Source: Antedon mediterranea
Lineage: Eukaryota; Animalia; Echinodermata
Direction of reading: 5' to 3'
Assembly: GCF_964355755.1 (NCBI RefSeq)
Contig: NC_092677.1
Span: 24,105,175 to 24,169,174, forward strand
Length of the DNA: 64,000 nucleotides
Program-made: the position numbers and the translations under genes
Notes under the pieces: model-generated
The model's input: only the letters and a program-made list of their open reading frames with translations
Databases searched by the model: none
Told to the model about the DNA's origin: nothing
Shown: positions 41,750 to 54,952 of the stretch, in pieces
How positions within the stretch are numbered: the first letter of the stretch is position 1
How the letters are laid out: each line of letters begins with the position of its first letter

Positions 41750-42329
41750 TTAAAGGTCAGGCGCGGGCAAAAAATTTCTATTGATCATACATTCCAATAA
41801 TTATCGATCTTTAGTTTCCCCTATGTTTCATAATTTTTTGGATTTTATTTGTGTTACACGAGCTTGTTGAAAATAAGCACTTTCTTATCAGTGGGGGATA
41901 GTTCAAATTACACAGTAAAATCTCTATTCTTTTGTACACAAATTTTGTAAATAGAGAGGCATTTTAAAAAGTTATGAAAAATAAACGGTGTGGTAAAAAA
42001 TGTTATCAGATGACTAAATATAGGTAATATAACTTGAATATTACATTTCTGATATTTTTATTCATGCTATAGCAAAAATTATCCACTGTATATCCACCAT
42101 CTTTTTTCACCGTCTAGGGAGTCATCAGACATGTTATTACATTAGGTTAACTACCTAACTACTGAAAAAATGTCTTCCTGGTTTTTATGGAAGAATTTGC
42201 CAAATTTTGTATTTGACCATATTAAAGGAAACTCATGTTTTTTTGTCTCGATTTCTTTTACAAATATTTTATTTATGTACAATTAACCAAATATTATATT
42301 TAAAATTCATGCCTGTACCTGAGCTTTAA
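41750..42329 (-). mobile_element. Kolobok-like element family K1, inverted copy
   Basis: Reverse complement of 25199-25775 along its whole length; TTAA at both ends. Confidence 0.85.
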
Positions 42330-42893
42330 AGTTTACAAGATAATTTTTGTGTTAACTGGACCTACTGTTTATAGTCCTTCTTACGGTATATAAGAAGATA
42401 GATGTTCCATAGTAAATCCTGTATATTTCATATTCATTTATTTTCCAGAAAACAAAATTAACACAACAAAATCAAGTATACATGAATACAAAAACCCAGG
42501 ACACCATTCTGGCGGATGTTCAAAAAGCAATAAAAATATTGCTATAAACATACTCTCCTAATAGTGCTGTAATTCAACAAAATATTTTAAATGTACGGTA
42601 AATAGTTTTTGTGCTGATAGATTTTACATACAGCACTGTAATTTATTTTAATCACCATTTTTATAAATATACAATTTGAGTGATGTAGTGTTTATTAAGA
42701 GAGCAATGGAATCAACCCACTTATAAAGTAGTATATTGTTATCTTCTTGTTAGATCAAGATTAATGAAGTGATTAAAGTGTGGGTGATGTGTGGGATGGA
42801 GACAAATGTCAGTAAGGATACAATTTAGCAGATTGCAAAATGCTAATTCAAAAACACTGCTGTATATTTTAGTTTATTCTATAAATAATAATA

Positions 42894-43205
42894 ATAAAGA
42901 TGTATTGTTCCCCTGAAAAATAATTGTTGTTGTTGAATATGCCATTTTAATGTCACATATTAGTTATTGACTTTGACCAAAAATTGGATAGAAAAAAAAA
43001 ATTATTTACCTGAAAAAACTGGAATTTAAAAAAAAAAATAGTCAAATTGGCTGCCAGTAAATGGATTTTTGGTTGAATTTAACCATTTATCAAGTGAAAA
43101 CATTATTTTTTCCGTTTTTTTTCCCGGAACTACAAAATAACGTATTCAAAGTCTGATTTAATTAATCTTCATTTTTCATGTTTTTGAGGGACAATATATC
43201 TTTAA
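42894..43205 (-). mobile_element. K3 family copy
   Basis: agatgtattgttccc ... gggacaatatatctTTAA. Confidence 0.75.
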
Positions 43206-43460
43206 TACGTCGTTCTTACCACTTAATGCTCAAAGCCTCTAGCGCTTCACATTTTTACCCCAGTCAGTTTCAATCATGTATGGAAATATACTTCCATGTT
43301 GTAGCTAGTGATTTTGTGCTAGTTTGTCTTTTGACATTTATACCAGGTACCCATTTGTACACCTGGGTGCAGAGAGGCAAACGTAAGTAAAACTGTCTTG
43401 CCGAAGGACATAAGCAATGGGATTCAAACTCGCATTCTTATGATGAGAAGTCCAGTAGCC
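43204..43460 (-). mobile_element. tRNA-derived SINE, same family as 15180-15447
   Basis: Minus strand: GAGTTTGAATCC B-box, gtccttcggcaagacagttttacttacgtttgcctctctgcacccaggtgtacaaatgggtacctgg, tail gtgaagcgctagagg. Confidence 0.8.
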
Positions 43461-43909
43461 GTAATTCAATCTTCTATTAATTTATAATATTGATGATGAA
43501 ATTACAAGAAACTGTCATTAATTAATCACCTTCTGTAATATTCCTGTAGGTAGGAAGAGGTACTGTATGCAGTAACATTTTCATTGCATGACCATGGTTG
43601 TAAAGCACTCACTAAGGCGCAATACTCTGTATCTTGCTCCAAGCATTGAGGTGTGGAAAAATACTTACATTCTCATGTTGATATTCACACTAGTTGTGGC
43701 TAATTAAAAACTCTCTAAAAATTAAAAAACCTAGACAATTTTTATTAGGAATTTGGAACAATTTGCAGTAAATATACATCAAACTGCATTCTTAGCTATT
43801 TTAAAGTTGGTTGCTTACGAGAGGACTAATAGCTATTAGTGAAGAGATGCATTTGCACATGATTTAGACATAGGTTTGTAAAACCATTTTCTATATTTGC
43901 TGGCGATAG

Positions 43910-44090
43910 TACATTAGCTGTGAGACAATTTTCATTACTACTATTAGCTGTTGATTTTGTATTTACTACATAAGCTGTTGGTGTTTCTACATTAGCTGGA
44001 GGTTTTAGTACATTAGCAATGGTTGTTGTATAATGGTTGTTTCGACATTAGCTGGTGTTTTCTACATTAGCTGGCTTTTTCTACATTGTA
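43910..44090. repeat. Degenerate ~19-bp minisatellite (tacattagctggtgttttc)
   Basis: An acattagctg-like core recurs ~8 times. Confidence 0.7.
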
Positions 44091-44127
44091 GTGCTTATCA
44101 TTGCATAGTAATACTGTAGGTGAAGTC

Positions 44128-44300
44128 AGCTTGGTTCCCACTAGAACGTAACGCAAGGACGTAAACGCAACGCAAGCGTTTTAACCAATGACAAGTGAAG
44201 TTATAGACAGTTGACAAGCGAATAAGCCATCGCTTGTGATTGGTCAATTCACTTGCGTTGCGTTACGTCCTTGCGTTGCGTCGCTAGTGGGAACCACGCT
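44128..44300. mobile_element. Palindromic Harbinger-like MITE family H1, opposite orientation to 25912
   Basis: agcttggttcccactagaacgtaacgcaaggacgtaa ... ttacgtccttgcgttgcgtcgctagtgggaaccacgct. Confidence 0.85.
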
Positions 44301-45971
44301 TAAATACTTGTATCTACTATTTTAGTAGCTACTGTATGCTCTGTTGATAGCATAGCTATTTTGTTGCTATCCAATGCTAAAGTATCCTTTATTGACAGTA
44401 TATATACAGTTTGTATAACTTGATACGTTGACACTTGAAATTTAATTGCTGATTTTCAATTCTTTTCTTGTACAACTCTTAACTTGCATTTACATTAAAT
44501 CTTTTTTTTCTAACTTAAGTGCTTTGAAAAATCTTTTGGCATTTTGTAGAAGCTTGGTGATTGTGCATGGCCAGTTTGTAGACAGATTGTGTTAGATAAG
44601 TACTTTATAAACCTTTGTATAAAGGTTTTATGATTTGTAAGTTGTAAAAAAAAAGTTGTTAGCGATAAGTACCTATTATATACTAAAGCTTTATATAAAG
44701 AGCTTTGGTTAGTAAGTTATATAAGCTAGTTTTGTTTGATTTTATATGTAATTTCCAAGAAAAAATTCTTTTATTTTGTTTCAGAGCTAATTGTCTAAAT
44801 TACAAGATATCATGCTTGTTTTATTTTATTAAAAAAAGTTTGTTTAACTTTTTGTGTCTCAGTTTTATTTGATTAAAAAGCATTATATATTTTGAAAGAA
44901 AAATAAGTAAATTTGTAATAATTAATCTATCTAATTATGTATTGCCTGGATCAATAGGGGGTTTAAAAGTAGGTCACTTTATATTGAGGTCAAGTTCATT
45001 TTGATTGTTTTTTAGGCATTTATTGTTTTTGGGGGGTTTTTTCGCTAAAAGTGAATAACAATTTTGCAAAATAATTGAACCTTTCTTTTTAATGGCCTTT
45101 TCGAAGTTTTATTTCATGTTTTGGGTGAACATACATCTTCAAGTAAATAGAATCACACTATTGAACAGTCCCTTCTTATACACACTTTCACAGTACAAAC
45201 AAACGATCATTGTCACATTTTGTCAAAAAATCCTTTATTTTAACGTTTTGTTAAAAAAAAAACCTTATTTAAAGTTAATTAATAGGCCTATACAATAGGA
45301 AAAATAATTTTAATTTTAATACTTTAAGTATTGATGATATTAAATTTTATTCTGAACTTTTTAATATTTTTATTCTGCATTTGTGCAAGTTTACTATATA
45401 ATAGCTTGAACTTTTCATAGAAGTATATCCTTTTCATAGAAGTATATCCTTTACTTATTTTCATCTATTTATATACCTATATATATAATTATTGTCAATC
45501 ATTATGTCATGAATTGTCAATCATATATGTCACTTCAAATTAATATTACATAGTTTATGAATGATTCCATTTCTACTGCTGGCCTGGCTCTGGACCCTGC
45601 TGTATCCGAGGGGCCTGGTCTATATCTATACCTGACCTCAGATGGCCTGGCTGGGGACTTTTGGCTGTAATACTGGTCTGGTATATATCCATACTTGACC
45701 CTTTAATTTAACATGGGTTCTTGCAGGCCCTGTATCTATCCCTCTAGGAATTCTAGTGTAAAATGATCATAATCTGTAACACATTTTAAATGTCTTGCTC
45801 ATTTCAGGGTTATTTTGAAATCAAATATGAATATGTTTGAGAAAATGTAATTTAACTTTTAAGAAATATATTAATCCTACTGAACGTGAATTGGATGTAA
45901 ATAAAAATGGGTGAAAAGTGACACATTATAATCTATATAAATTTTGTATATATTATTTATACTATACTATA

Positions 45972-46205
45972 TAGATTTATAAAGCGCTTTTCCAAAAAAA
46001 AAAAGACCAAAGCGCTGTACAATAATTAGAGTAGTATACAAGGACAAATATGACATCTAAATTATTCCTTAGGGAAAAGAAAACTTTTTAACAATTTCTT
46101 AAAACATTGTACACTTTGAACTATACGCATATTAATAGGTAAATTATTCCATAACTTCTAGTCCAATGACTGAAAATTATTTATCACCAAAAAGTCTTGT
46201 GACAT
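45972..46205 (-). mobile_element. L2-clade LINE 3' fragment (RT C-terminus plus 3' tail)
   Basis: Minus strand GDK*FSVIG / KLWNNLPINMRIVQSVQCFKKLLKSFLF* matches the L2 GDRAFS..PKLWN.LP...FK..LK..LF pattern, with a stop and a frameshift. Tail tgtacagcgctttg...aaaagcgctttataaat. Confidence 0.8.
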
Positions 46206-46730
46206 TTAAAATGACATAAATGCCATTGGTTTTTTTTTTCTATTTGTGAAAGATAAATGTTCAATCATGTTTTTAAACGTTCATATGAATTATTCAATCT
46301 ATAAAAAAGGAAAAATCGGCAAGGGCGTCTTGTTGCAAATGTTGCAGCAAGCAAAACATTGTAATGTGATAATTTTAAAGTCAAACACCTTCTAGCTGGC
46401 TGATTGATGTGAAATTTACAACCTGTAAGAGTGCTGACATAAAAGCAACGTTCGGTTTAGACAGAGTAGTGCGTGGCCTTGCCCCATATACTTGTATTGT
46501 CTGGTAATGTGATCGATACGCAGATGCAATAGAAAATGTATGTCGTTAGATTTACAAAAAGCTTGTTGAATATGTTTAACAACTTGAGTTGTACAGTGAT
46601 TTGTGCGTAACGAAGTGATTGAATTTTTTGTCGATGTACAAGCTGCTGCAGATATTTTGAATAACCTTCTTGTATTGTACTATGCAGTACAGATCAAAAC
46701 TATGTTTCTATTTTGCTTATCTAATGTATA

Positions 46731-47124
46731 TAAGGTCCGTTCTACTGCAGAGCGCCGAATAAACCGATTATTTAAAAAATGTAATTTTTATATTGACTGC
46801 ATTTCTGCTCAATTTGCTCCAAAATAACCGTTTAAATCAGTGGGTGGTCGTTAGAATTACCCAAAATGCAATTGGTCCTGGCGGTTAATTCAAACCTTAC
46901 TGCAGTGTAGTTGACTCAAAATCAGCAGCTGTCAATCAAAAAACTGTTATTTTGTGTTTCGTGTTCTAACACAGAATTGAATGGGTGTTTTTAACCGGTT
47001 ATTTTTCGCTTCCTTATGACCGGTTACCACAAAATTGTCCTGTTTCTGCTCCAAGAAAATGGAGTTAATTTATTCACACCAGTTTTTAAACTGGTTATAT
47101 TTTTGCAGCAGAAACAGGCCCTAA
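46731..47124 (-). mobile_element. Harbinger-like MITE family H2
   Basis: taa-ggtccgttctactgca ... tgcagcagaaacaggccc-taa; inverse-collinear with 34087-34503. Confidence 0.75.
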
Positions 47125-48094
47125 GTCAATCTCAAAAGATCGTTTACTATTGATAACATATTCTATATGAGATAAAAGTGTGGAGTTGTACATTAGGGCA
47201 ATATTACATAATAATGTTTTTGTGGGACCCATTTGATTTCTAAAGGAGATTAAATACCTTCTTTCAAAATTACAGCATAAAATCAGTTCAGTATAAACAA
47301 GTCGAGTATTGATATTTAATTATTTTAATAGTAATGTCATATACACTTTATTATATTGATAAATAAAAAATATGTGGTTGTGGTTTGTCAGTATGTCAGT
47401 ATCGACCACCACATTTTTGATAGATTACTGAATGCCATCATCATTTCCATTTCAAGTGTCTAGTTAAAATATGTATATTTCAAAGCAATCGTTACTTGAC
47501 GTAACAACTCTTGAAACCTGACCACTTGAACATGTCTGTAAATGACCGACCGTACATTCAATGACCGGTCACTTTACATGCCATGCCACGTATGTATCTA
47601 ATGCATTCAAAAAGCATTATTACATAAAGTCAATGACCGCAATCCGTGTCACTCAGGCTCTGAAAATAAAACAAATACATTTCTTCTTTACCCATAAGCA
47701 TTTGCAGCAATTATGTTGAGTTTGCTTTTATTTTAAGAAAGTCTGTGGAAAGAACATCGTTAATAAACTTAATGAGAAAGTCTTTGTCATTTATGATTTA
47801 TCATTAAAGCTGCATGAATTGTATAAAACCATTAACCTTTTATTCTGACAAACACTATAATATATTCAGCATCATACTTTCTTAAAGTCTTATTATATTC
47901 CCAGGAAAATGCACTAGTAGCATTGTTGATTATTTACAGAATTGAAGAGAACAGTGAAGATGCAACATATCATTGGTAATGACATGCACTATATGTCAAT
48001 GTTTGTTCTTCTGGGAAAATAAGTAGGTCGGATTGTTAATGATGTATCATGGTTAAGTTTAGTGTTAAGCCGTTTCATTGATTTGTCATTCTTA

Positions 48095-48255
48095 TAATTA
48101 TGGAGCGCAAATTGTAGCCTCTAGGTGCAACATGTTATTACCCCATTCATCGGGAAAACGGTGTGTCTAGGACCCTGGAGAGTGCACCTTGCAAAAAGTT
48201 GCAGTCATAACCACCACCCTGGGGTTTACACATTTCCCAGGTGCCCATTTATGTT
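48095..48255 (-). mobile_element. SINE 3' fragment
   Basis: The minus strand begins taaatgggcacctggg, matching the central SINE segment of the 15180/43204 family type. Confidence 0.35.
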
Positions 48256-48630
48256 TGATTAGAAATAGACAAACTTGATGATACATTGCAAATATGGATA
48301 TATGAGAGCATCTTATTTTGAAGTCAATCAGTATAATGTAATGTTACTTTCTTTGGACCACAGATTCCGAAATAAAAGATACAATTTATACAGAAAATAC
48401 ATGTTCCTATTGAGATTAAAAGAATCATTTTAAAAACAATATATGCAATGCAATCTTGTTGTATGAAAATTAGATACAAATTTAGAATATAAAATATATA
48501 ATTATCATTATACATTAATGATAATTAATCTTGTCCTTGTCTCCATTACCTAAAAATTAATACATTTACTTAACAGTATATACAGTATTATGTTTATTGT
48601 CATTGCATGACAAGCAAACTGAAAAAAAAC

Positions 48631-48972
48631 GGGTATTGCTAAACCCTGCAAACCCTGCAAACCTCCAAAAAAACATAGCAAACCCCATCGAACCAACATA
48701 AAAGTGATTGAATCATGTAGTGTACAACCCACTAGGTATATCCATGTCAAAAAAATATTAAATTTCTACTGTTAACTACTTATTTTTGGGGTAAAACATA
48801 ATTTTTTGGTCAAAAATGATTGCTAAACCCCGCAAACCTCCAAAAAATATAGCAAACCCCACCAAACCAACATAAAAGTGATTGAATCATGTAGTGTACA
48901 ACCCACTGGGTATATCCATGTAAAAAAAAATACCCAGTTGGTTGGCGGGGTTTGCGGTGTTTAGCAATACCC
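48631..48972. mobile_element. MITE with ~25-bp TIRs and a probable 8-9-bp TSD (MULE- or Merlin-like), with an internal duplication
   Basis: TIRs gggtattgctaaaccctgcaaaccc / ggggtttgcggtgtttagcaataccc; flanks aaaaaaaac / aaaaaaatc; a ~110-bp internal block is repeated at ~180-bp period. Confidence 0.75.
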
Positions 48973-49907
48973 AAAAAAATCTAACTAATAAAAAGTAGTA
49001 GTGTTGGTAAACAGATTTACTACTACTATACTAAAACTGGTTTGTTTTGTTTGTTTTTTAAACTAAATAGAAACAGGCCCTCTACTGTACTGTAGTATGA
49101 AAATTATTAATTACATTATATTATTCGTACAATTACCAATGATGCTCGTCTGTGAGCATATAGCATATCAAATGTGATAATACACTAGGTAATGATGATT
49201 AATTAATATCATTAATATTATTATACTTTAGTGATAGTGTTAATTACACACTTAGAATGACCTTACAGAATACAATTACTCTCAACTTGGTGAATTTGGC
49301 ATAAATGTTTAAACGTCTATTCTCTCTTAACAGATGATAGTATCTTGACAAAATATTGATTATATTCTCGCCTGGAGCTTCTCAATATTTCAGATTAAGC
49401 ATTGTATTTCGTTACTTGGTGGATAGCGCCAAGGGTTTGGAAACAAAAGGTCAAAAGTTTAAATCACATACTATATAAAGTATTACACTTTGAATTATAT
49501 AAATTGATTATCATCTGTTTGCTTTGTTAGCAAAGTGTTTTATCAAATGTAGAATGTTCTAGCATCTTTGCATATGTTACCAGCATTTATATTAATGTAT
49601 GTGTCTTTGCATAAAGAGACCCAGCATTAATATCTTGATGATGGTGTTTGATATGTTTTATGATGATGTTTGGATTACAATAAGCTTGTGAACTTGAAGG
49701 AACCCAAGACAAAGGTGAAAAGGTTAAATACACACAACACAAAAAAGATGAATGTTTATTTTATTTGAGTTTGTGTGAAGTATGATAGTTACATTATATG
49801 TTTTTGGCTTCCATTGAATATAATTATAAATCTTCCTCCATTTTCATCCCTCCAAATACCCCTCTAATTAAATAGATCAATCCAAATTATTATATAATAT
49901 ATATATA

Positions 49908-50088
49908 TGATCTAATGGTTAGGACATCTGCATATCAAGCAGAAGGTTCCGGGTTTGAGTCTTGGTTGGGGCGACTTTTTCTCATTTTCACAGATTTTTT
50001 CAACTTTATCGTTTCAAGTTAATTAATTAAATTTCAGTATATCACCGTTTTGAATTAATGTTCTATGCCTGGTGTGTTTATATATATG
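49908..50088 (+). mobile_element. tRNA(Glu/Asp-like)-derived element embedded in (TA)n
   Basis: TGATCTAATGGttaggac...ccGGGTTTGAGTCTtggttgggg has A- and B-box-like motifs; TA repeats on both sides. Confidence 0.5.
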
Positions 50089-50483
50089 AGTACAAAATAT
50101 TATATGTTATGTCCTTAACAAAATGGAATTACTGATGGAAAGACTTGCTACAATACTTTCAATATAATTTTTAAGCATTTTTAAATGTACAATTTACAAA
50201 CCAGCTAGCTATTTTGAAGACTTATTCATTTCAAAATGGCAATAATAATAATATTTTTTTAAATTTTTGTTCTGACATGCATTGGGATTAGCTTGCCCAA
50301 TAGCATAGAACGATGATTGAAATAATGAGAGGATTCTAGAAGATGGTCGCATACCGTATCACATGGTTATGTATCATCAAAATTGAAAAGCAAATTAATA
50401 TACGTTTTGATTAGACATCTAAATACAGCGTACATAAAGAAATAAACTTGATAAATTGTTTGATAAAATGCTGATACTATATA

Positions 50484-51121
50484 TTAAAGCCCCATTCCCT
50501 ACGTTTTTTAGATCTAATTTAAGATCACAAACTATATTTAATGTAAAAATAATACTATATATGGTCCTATTGCGATAACTTTTTTCGTCTTTAAACGGTT
50601 AAAAATGTGAAAAATAAATCGATTTTAATAATTATAGCAGCCCGCTATAAATCCCAAAATGCATTGCGCGCGGATTGATATTTTTGTTTTTCACCTGTAA
50701 TTCGCCCACTTTTCGATCGATCGTGAAGCCAAAACAAATGGAAGACTCCTAACTTTTCAGCGAAAATACCGGGTGTTCCCCAATTTGTATCAACGGAGTC
50801 TGGCAAAAATAGAAAGACAATTAATGCAGCAACTATACAACGTCAGGCTAGGTATATAGCTAGCGTACGATGTTCGTACGTTACCGATGTTTACCAGCTA
50901 GGCCTACAAAACTAAGCCTAGCTAGGCTAGGCCTGAGACCGTCCACGAGAGTTCGATCGCCGCGAGCTACTTAGGTAGTGCATTGTTTCTCACTTTTTAT
51001 CATAATTTACCATAAAACGTACATTTAAGACAAGGAATGACATGGTTTAATGTTTTTAAAGTGATATATATATGTATTATTTTCCAAAAAACGTCCAAAA
51101 TTGCAGGGAAGGGGTCTTTAA
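50484..51121 (+). mobile_element. Kolobok-like element family K2
   Basis: TTAA-agccccattccctac ... gcagggaaggggtct-TTAA; closely similar to the inverted copy at 61194-61824. Confidence 0.85.
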
Positions 51122-51192
51122 ACCTAAGCCTCGATTCTATGGAGTTTGTTATTCTACAAAAGGGAAGAAAGGTCATCATTTACCTTTAGTTA

Positions 51193-51852
51193 GGGTATGT
51201 TTAGACTCACAGAATTACTGTGGAGTTATGTAAGCGGTGTACATATTTTTGTGTCTGAACCAGGCCGCGGATTAGCGTTAGGGAGCTGTTATTCCGCGCC
51301 AGTGGCGTTAATAACTCTAGCGGGAGAGGGTAGATTTCATAACGCTAATCCAGTGATGCATCAGTGATTTTAACCTTAAACAATGAAAAACACGATCACG
51401 TTTAGCAGACAGACAACTACATACCCGTACCCTATGATATGACAGCGAAATAGCTATGTCAAATGTATTTTCAGTTTCAGATTTTAAGGAACAGTAAAAT
51501 GGCATCAGTGATATGATGATTTTCATAAATTAAATCAACTAATCAGATAATTGTCCGTGTAACAATTACGTTTTAAATTATTTTCTTATTAATTATTATT
51601 ATTAATTCTACAAGTAGTAAGAACAAATCAGTATATTTGAAGGTAAACATTATATAAATAAAAAAAAAACAAAAAACAATGTAAACGATGTTAACTTTCA
51701 TGCATTGTCATGAATGTATACATATAGTTATATCTGCTTTGACCTGATCATAGTGTTTTAAACACAAGGCATTGGAATGTTGGTCGTTGTGTCTGAACAC
51801 TTTGGCTTTTAACGCCACGGATTACCGTAACTCTGTGAGTCTAAACGTACCC
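51193..51852. mobile_element. PIF/Harbinger-like non-autonomous element
   Basis: TIR gggtatgtttagactcacagaattac / gtaactctgtgagtctaaacgtaccc, with TTA/TAA flanks. Confidence 0.8.
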
Positions 51853-52740
51853 TAAGGGACAATTTCAATGGTATGGATTACTCTCTCCAGCCAGCGGCGA
51901 CCATGTCTCAGTCCTGCATCCACGGACATGATTGTGTTTTTTTCAGGCTGTACTACAATATGTAAGTGGCTCTATCTTGAAAACATCGGTAGAAAAACCT
52001 GTGATGACTATTTAGAATTAGGTTATCATTTTTAATAATCGATTTTAGTTGAAAAAAATGATTTCTACATTTGTAGAATTTCACATTTAACGTCAAAACT
52101 AATTGTTTTTACATTTAACGGCGTGATGTTTGCACATTAGTGGATTATACATTTTTACAGATTTGCACATTTACATTTGAGGGTAACATCTTTGCACAAA
52201 TGTGGTTGTTTGCACAAATGTGACTTTTGGCACATTTCATGGCTCAACAAGGCCTAGAGCATCCATTTTCAGATTTTCACCAATGTACATAGCATCCAAT
52301 TTATTTAACAAAAACTTTTCAAGATAGTCACTTGTATCATTTGTATTTATTTATATAGTTATCACATCGTATTATTTATTCTACTCAGGTACAAAACATA
52401 TCTCAAAATTGTTAACAATTTTGACAATAAAGTTATCTTGTATCTTGTATTTTACACCATGGCCCATGTATCTCAGAACTTAATCAGAAAACAATGATTA
52501 CTCACTAAGGTCAAAGTCTTTATAATAACTAAAAAAACTCTTTAATAAATTGATTAATCATTTTTTCCCGGGCCATTACACCTTATACAATGTGTATACA
52601 TTTAAAATGATGGGGTTACCTCTGTTTATACTGATATGTGGTGAGATATAAGAAATCTTGTGGGAATATGTGATTTGGTGCATGTTAGTATGTTGTGAGA
52701 GTGATTACAACTTATTATATTTGCCTATCATGATGACCAA

Positions 52741-53105
52741 AACTAGACGAATTATAGGTGATCATTTTTATCATTTTAATGAAATTAACATTTTTTTAAA
52801 CATGCACGTACGTTAACATACGATCGTAAGTCGATGTACGCCATCCTATGACATGATGCATATACACTTATAGTGCTGAGTTGTACATATTATGTGTCAT
52901 ATACAATATGTACAGTATATACTGTATATCTATATACAGAGTAGCATAGGTGAAAGTACGGGACCCACATCGTGTTCACATTTTTTGTGATGTGCTCATG
53001 GACATGATGATGTCATATCACTAAACATATTTGGGCATATCACTGCCATATTTAGGCACATCACACGTTTTTGTCAAACTAGTTTGATAGTGTAGACAGA
53101 GCATT
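52741..53105. mobile_element. Chimera: Helentron end (52741-~52985) fused to the right half of MITE family A
   Basis: 52741-52985 is collinear with 7780-8030. The sequence then switches to gacatgatgatgtcatatcact..tttgatagtgtagacagagc. Confidence 0.8.
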
Positions 53106-53981
53106 AGATGAGAGGATTCTTTTTCCAAAATCAACTAACTCGTGTTTACTTGTGTGAAATGACGTTATGCTATACCCATTTCATCCTAGCCCTCAAAATA
53201 CTGATACTGGTCTACAATTTATACCAAAAATGTCAACACAACACTTATAACTTCCAACCATCCTCCATCCAGAATTTTTTTCCTTCAAATTTATTATTTG
53301 TTTTTAACAGTAGATGCTTGGCCAGAGTTTGTCATAGTTTTTTTTTTATCTATAGAAATTTATTAATTTTAGCAGTTGAGCTGAACTCTATGTAAAAGTG
53401 TTAATAATTGTAATTTCAGCAGCAGTCAGGCAGCCATTTCAACTGGCCTATATTCTCCAATAAGTACACATCTACTTGGCTTCTCTGCTTTATTCTATTC
53501 ATCTTTTTTATGATTCATAATTTATACTCTGACCTTTACAACTGATGTCACACTACAATGCATCCAACCTATGTAAGACACTTAATAATAATTAAATTAC
53601 TATAAAATTAAAATGTTTTCCATAAATTAACATATTTTTATATTCATTGTATCAGTTCATTTTATTTATTTGATTGAAATATATAAGATATTGAATAATA
53701 TAGTACAAATAATGAATGTTATCAGTGCATGGTAAAAATAATTTCATGAGGTGAAAATAGAACATTTCATCTTTCACCAAATGAAATTATTGTTCCATTG
53801 TATGAAGGATCATATATAGCAGGTTAGGCCAAGGCCTATCCATTTCAGAAGGCATCGCTCCAATTTTGGATGCAGAGTTATTATAGGCGCCGCAAACCCC
53901 AGGTTGATTTTTAATGTGATCAGTCAATTAGCCCTTGTGTCACACGTTGTTGCTCATTGTGTAACAAGAATGAACTGGTAT

Positions 53982-54060
53982 ATAACGAAATGCACTCAAA
54001 TTATAACAAAATTGCACTCGCATAACGAAATTGCACTCGCATAACGAAATTGCACTCGTG
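53982..54060. repeat. 19-bp tandem repeat x4 (ataacgaaattgcactcgc)
   Basis: Direct reading; probably part of a larger unclassified element. Confidence 0.85.
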
Positions 54061-54952
54061 GTGATGCACTTTTTAATATCATGTGACCCATCCTCCCAAT
54101 CAACTGACAAGAATCTACTCAGGTGTGTACAATATAATTTCTACATTATCTATATTTTAACCATATGGATTTAAAACCTTGACAGTCTGGATTGAGTCAC
54201 AAGTATTATATTTATACAAATGTGTTATGTACTATATGTAATTGTATTGTACTGTATGTTATTCAGTCGTAATTTTCATAAGTAGGCATTGTTCTTTTGT
54301 CAGCATTATCCACAATAATAGTACTTGCTATTGTTACTTCCAAAACTAGAGAAAGAAAAATACAAATATTTTTACCTAATAGACAGATTCCTTTGACCTC
54401 TCTGTGACCTGAATGTGTAACATAAATGGTAGCTGAAAGTTGCTTGAACGTATATTGTTTTTTTACTAAAAATTAGATTGTTTGTATTGTAAACTACCTT
54501 TTTATTATTTTCAAGGTTGAATTTTTTTATAGGCCTCAGTTTAGGTTAGCGTGGCTTGATTTAAGATGTTTGCGCCAGAATAATGTGCCTCTGTTCGAAA
54601 TCTACCTCTGTTTATGATTATCATTTATTGAATATTGACCTGACCGCTGTATGGGGTTAATGTCTGAGATCGTCTTCTAGTCGGATCATACATGAAATCT
54701 TTGTCTCTCCAATGTTACAAACCATGAGAACTTTATCTTTCCAAGATCAGATCGTGAGATCTTCATCTATCCAAGATTTTGTTCCCATTTAGGTCCAGCA
54801 AAGATAGATGTGCTTTTAACATACGTCATAACCCATCATATCTTTATAAATGCTCTCTTTTTTTCGGTTTAATGTCATGCCTAGGTAAAATTGATATAGA
54901 ACTTTACTGTTTTGCCTTATATATCATGATTGATAACATCATATGATTTCTT

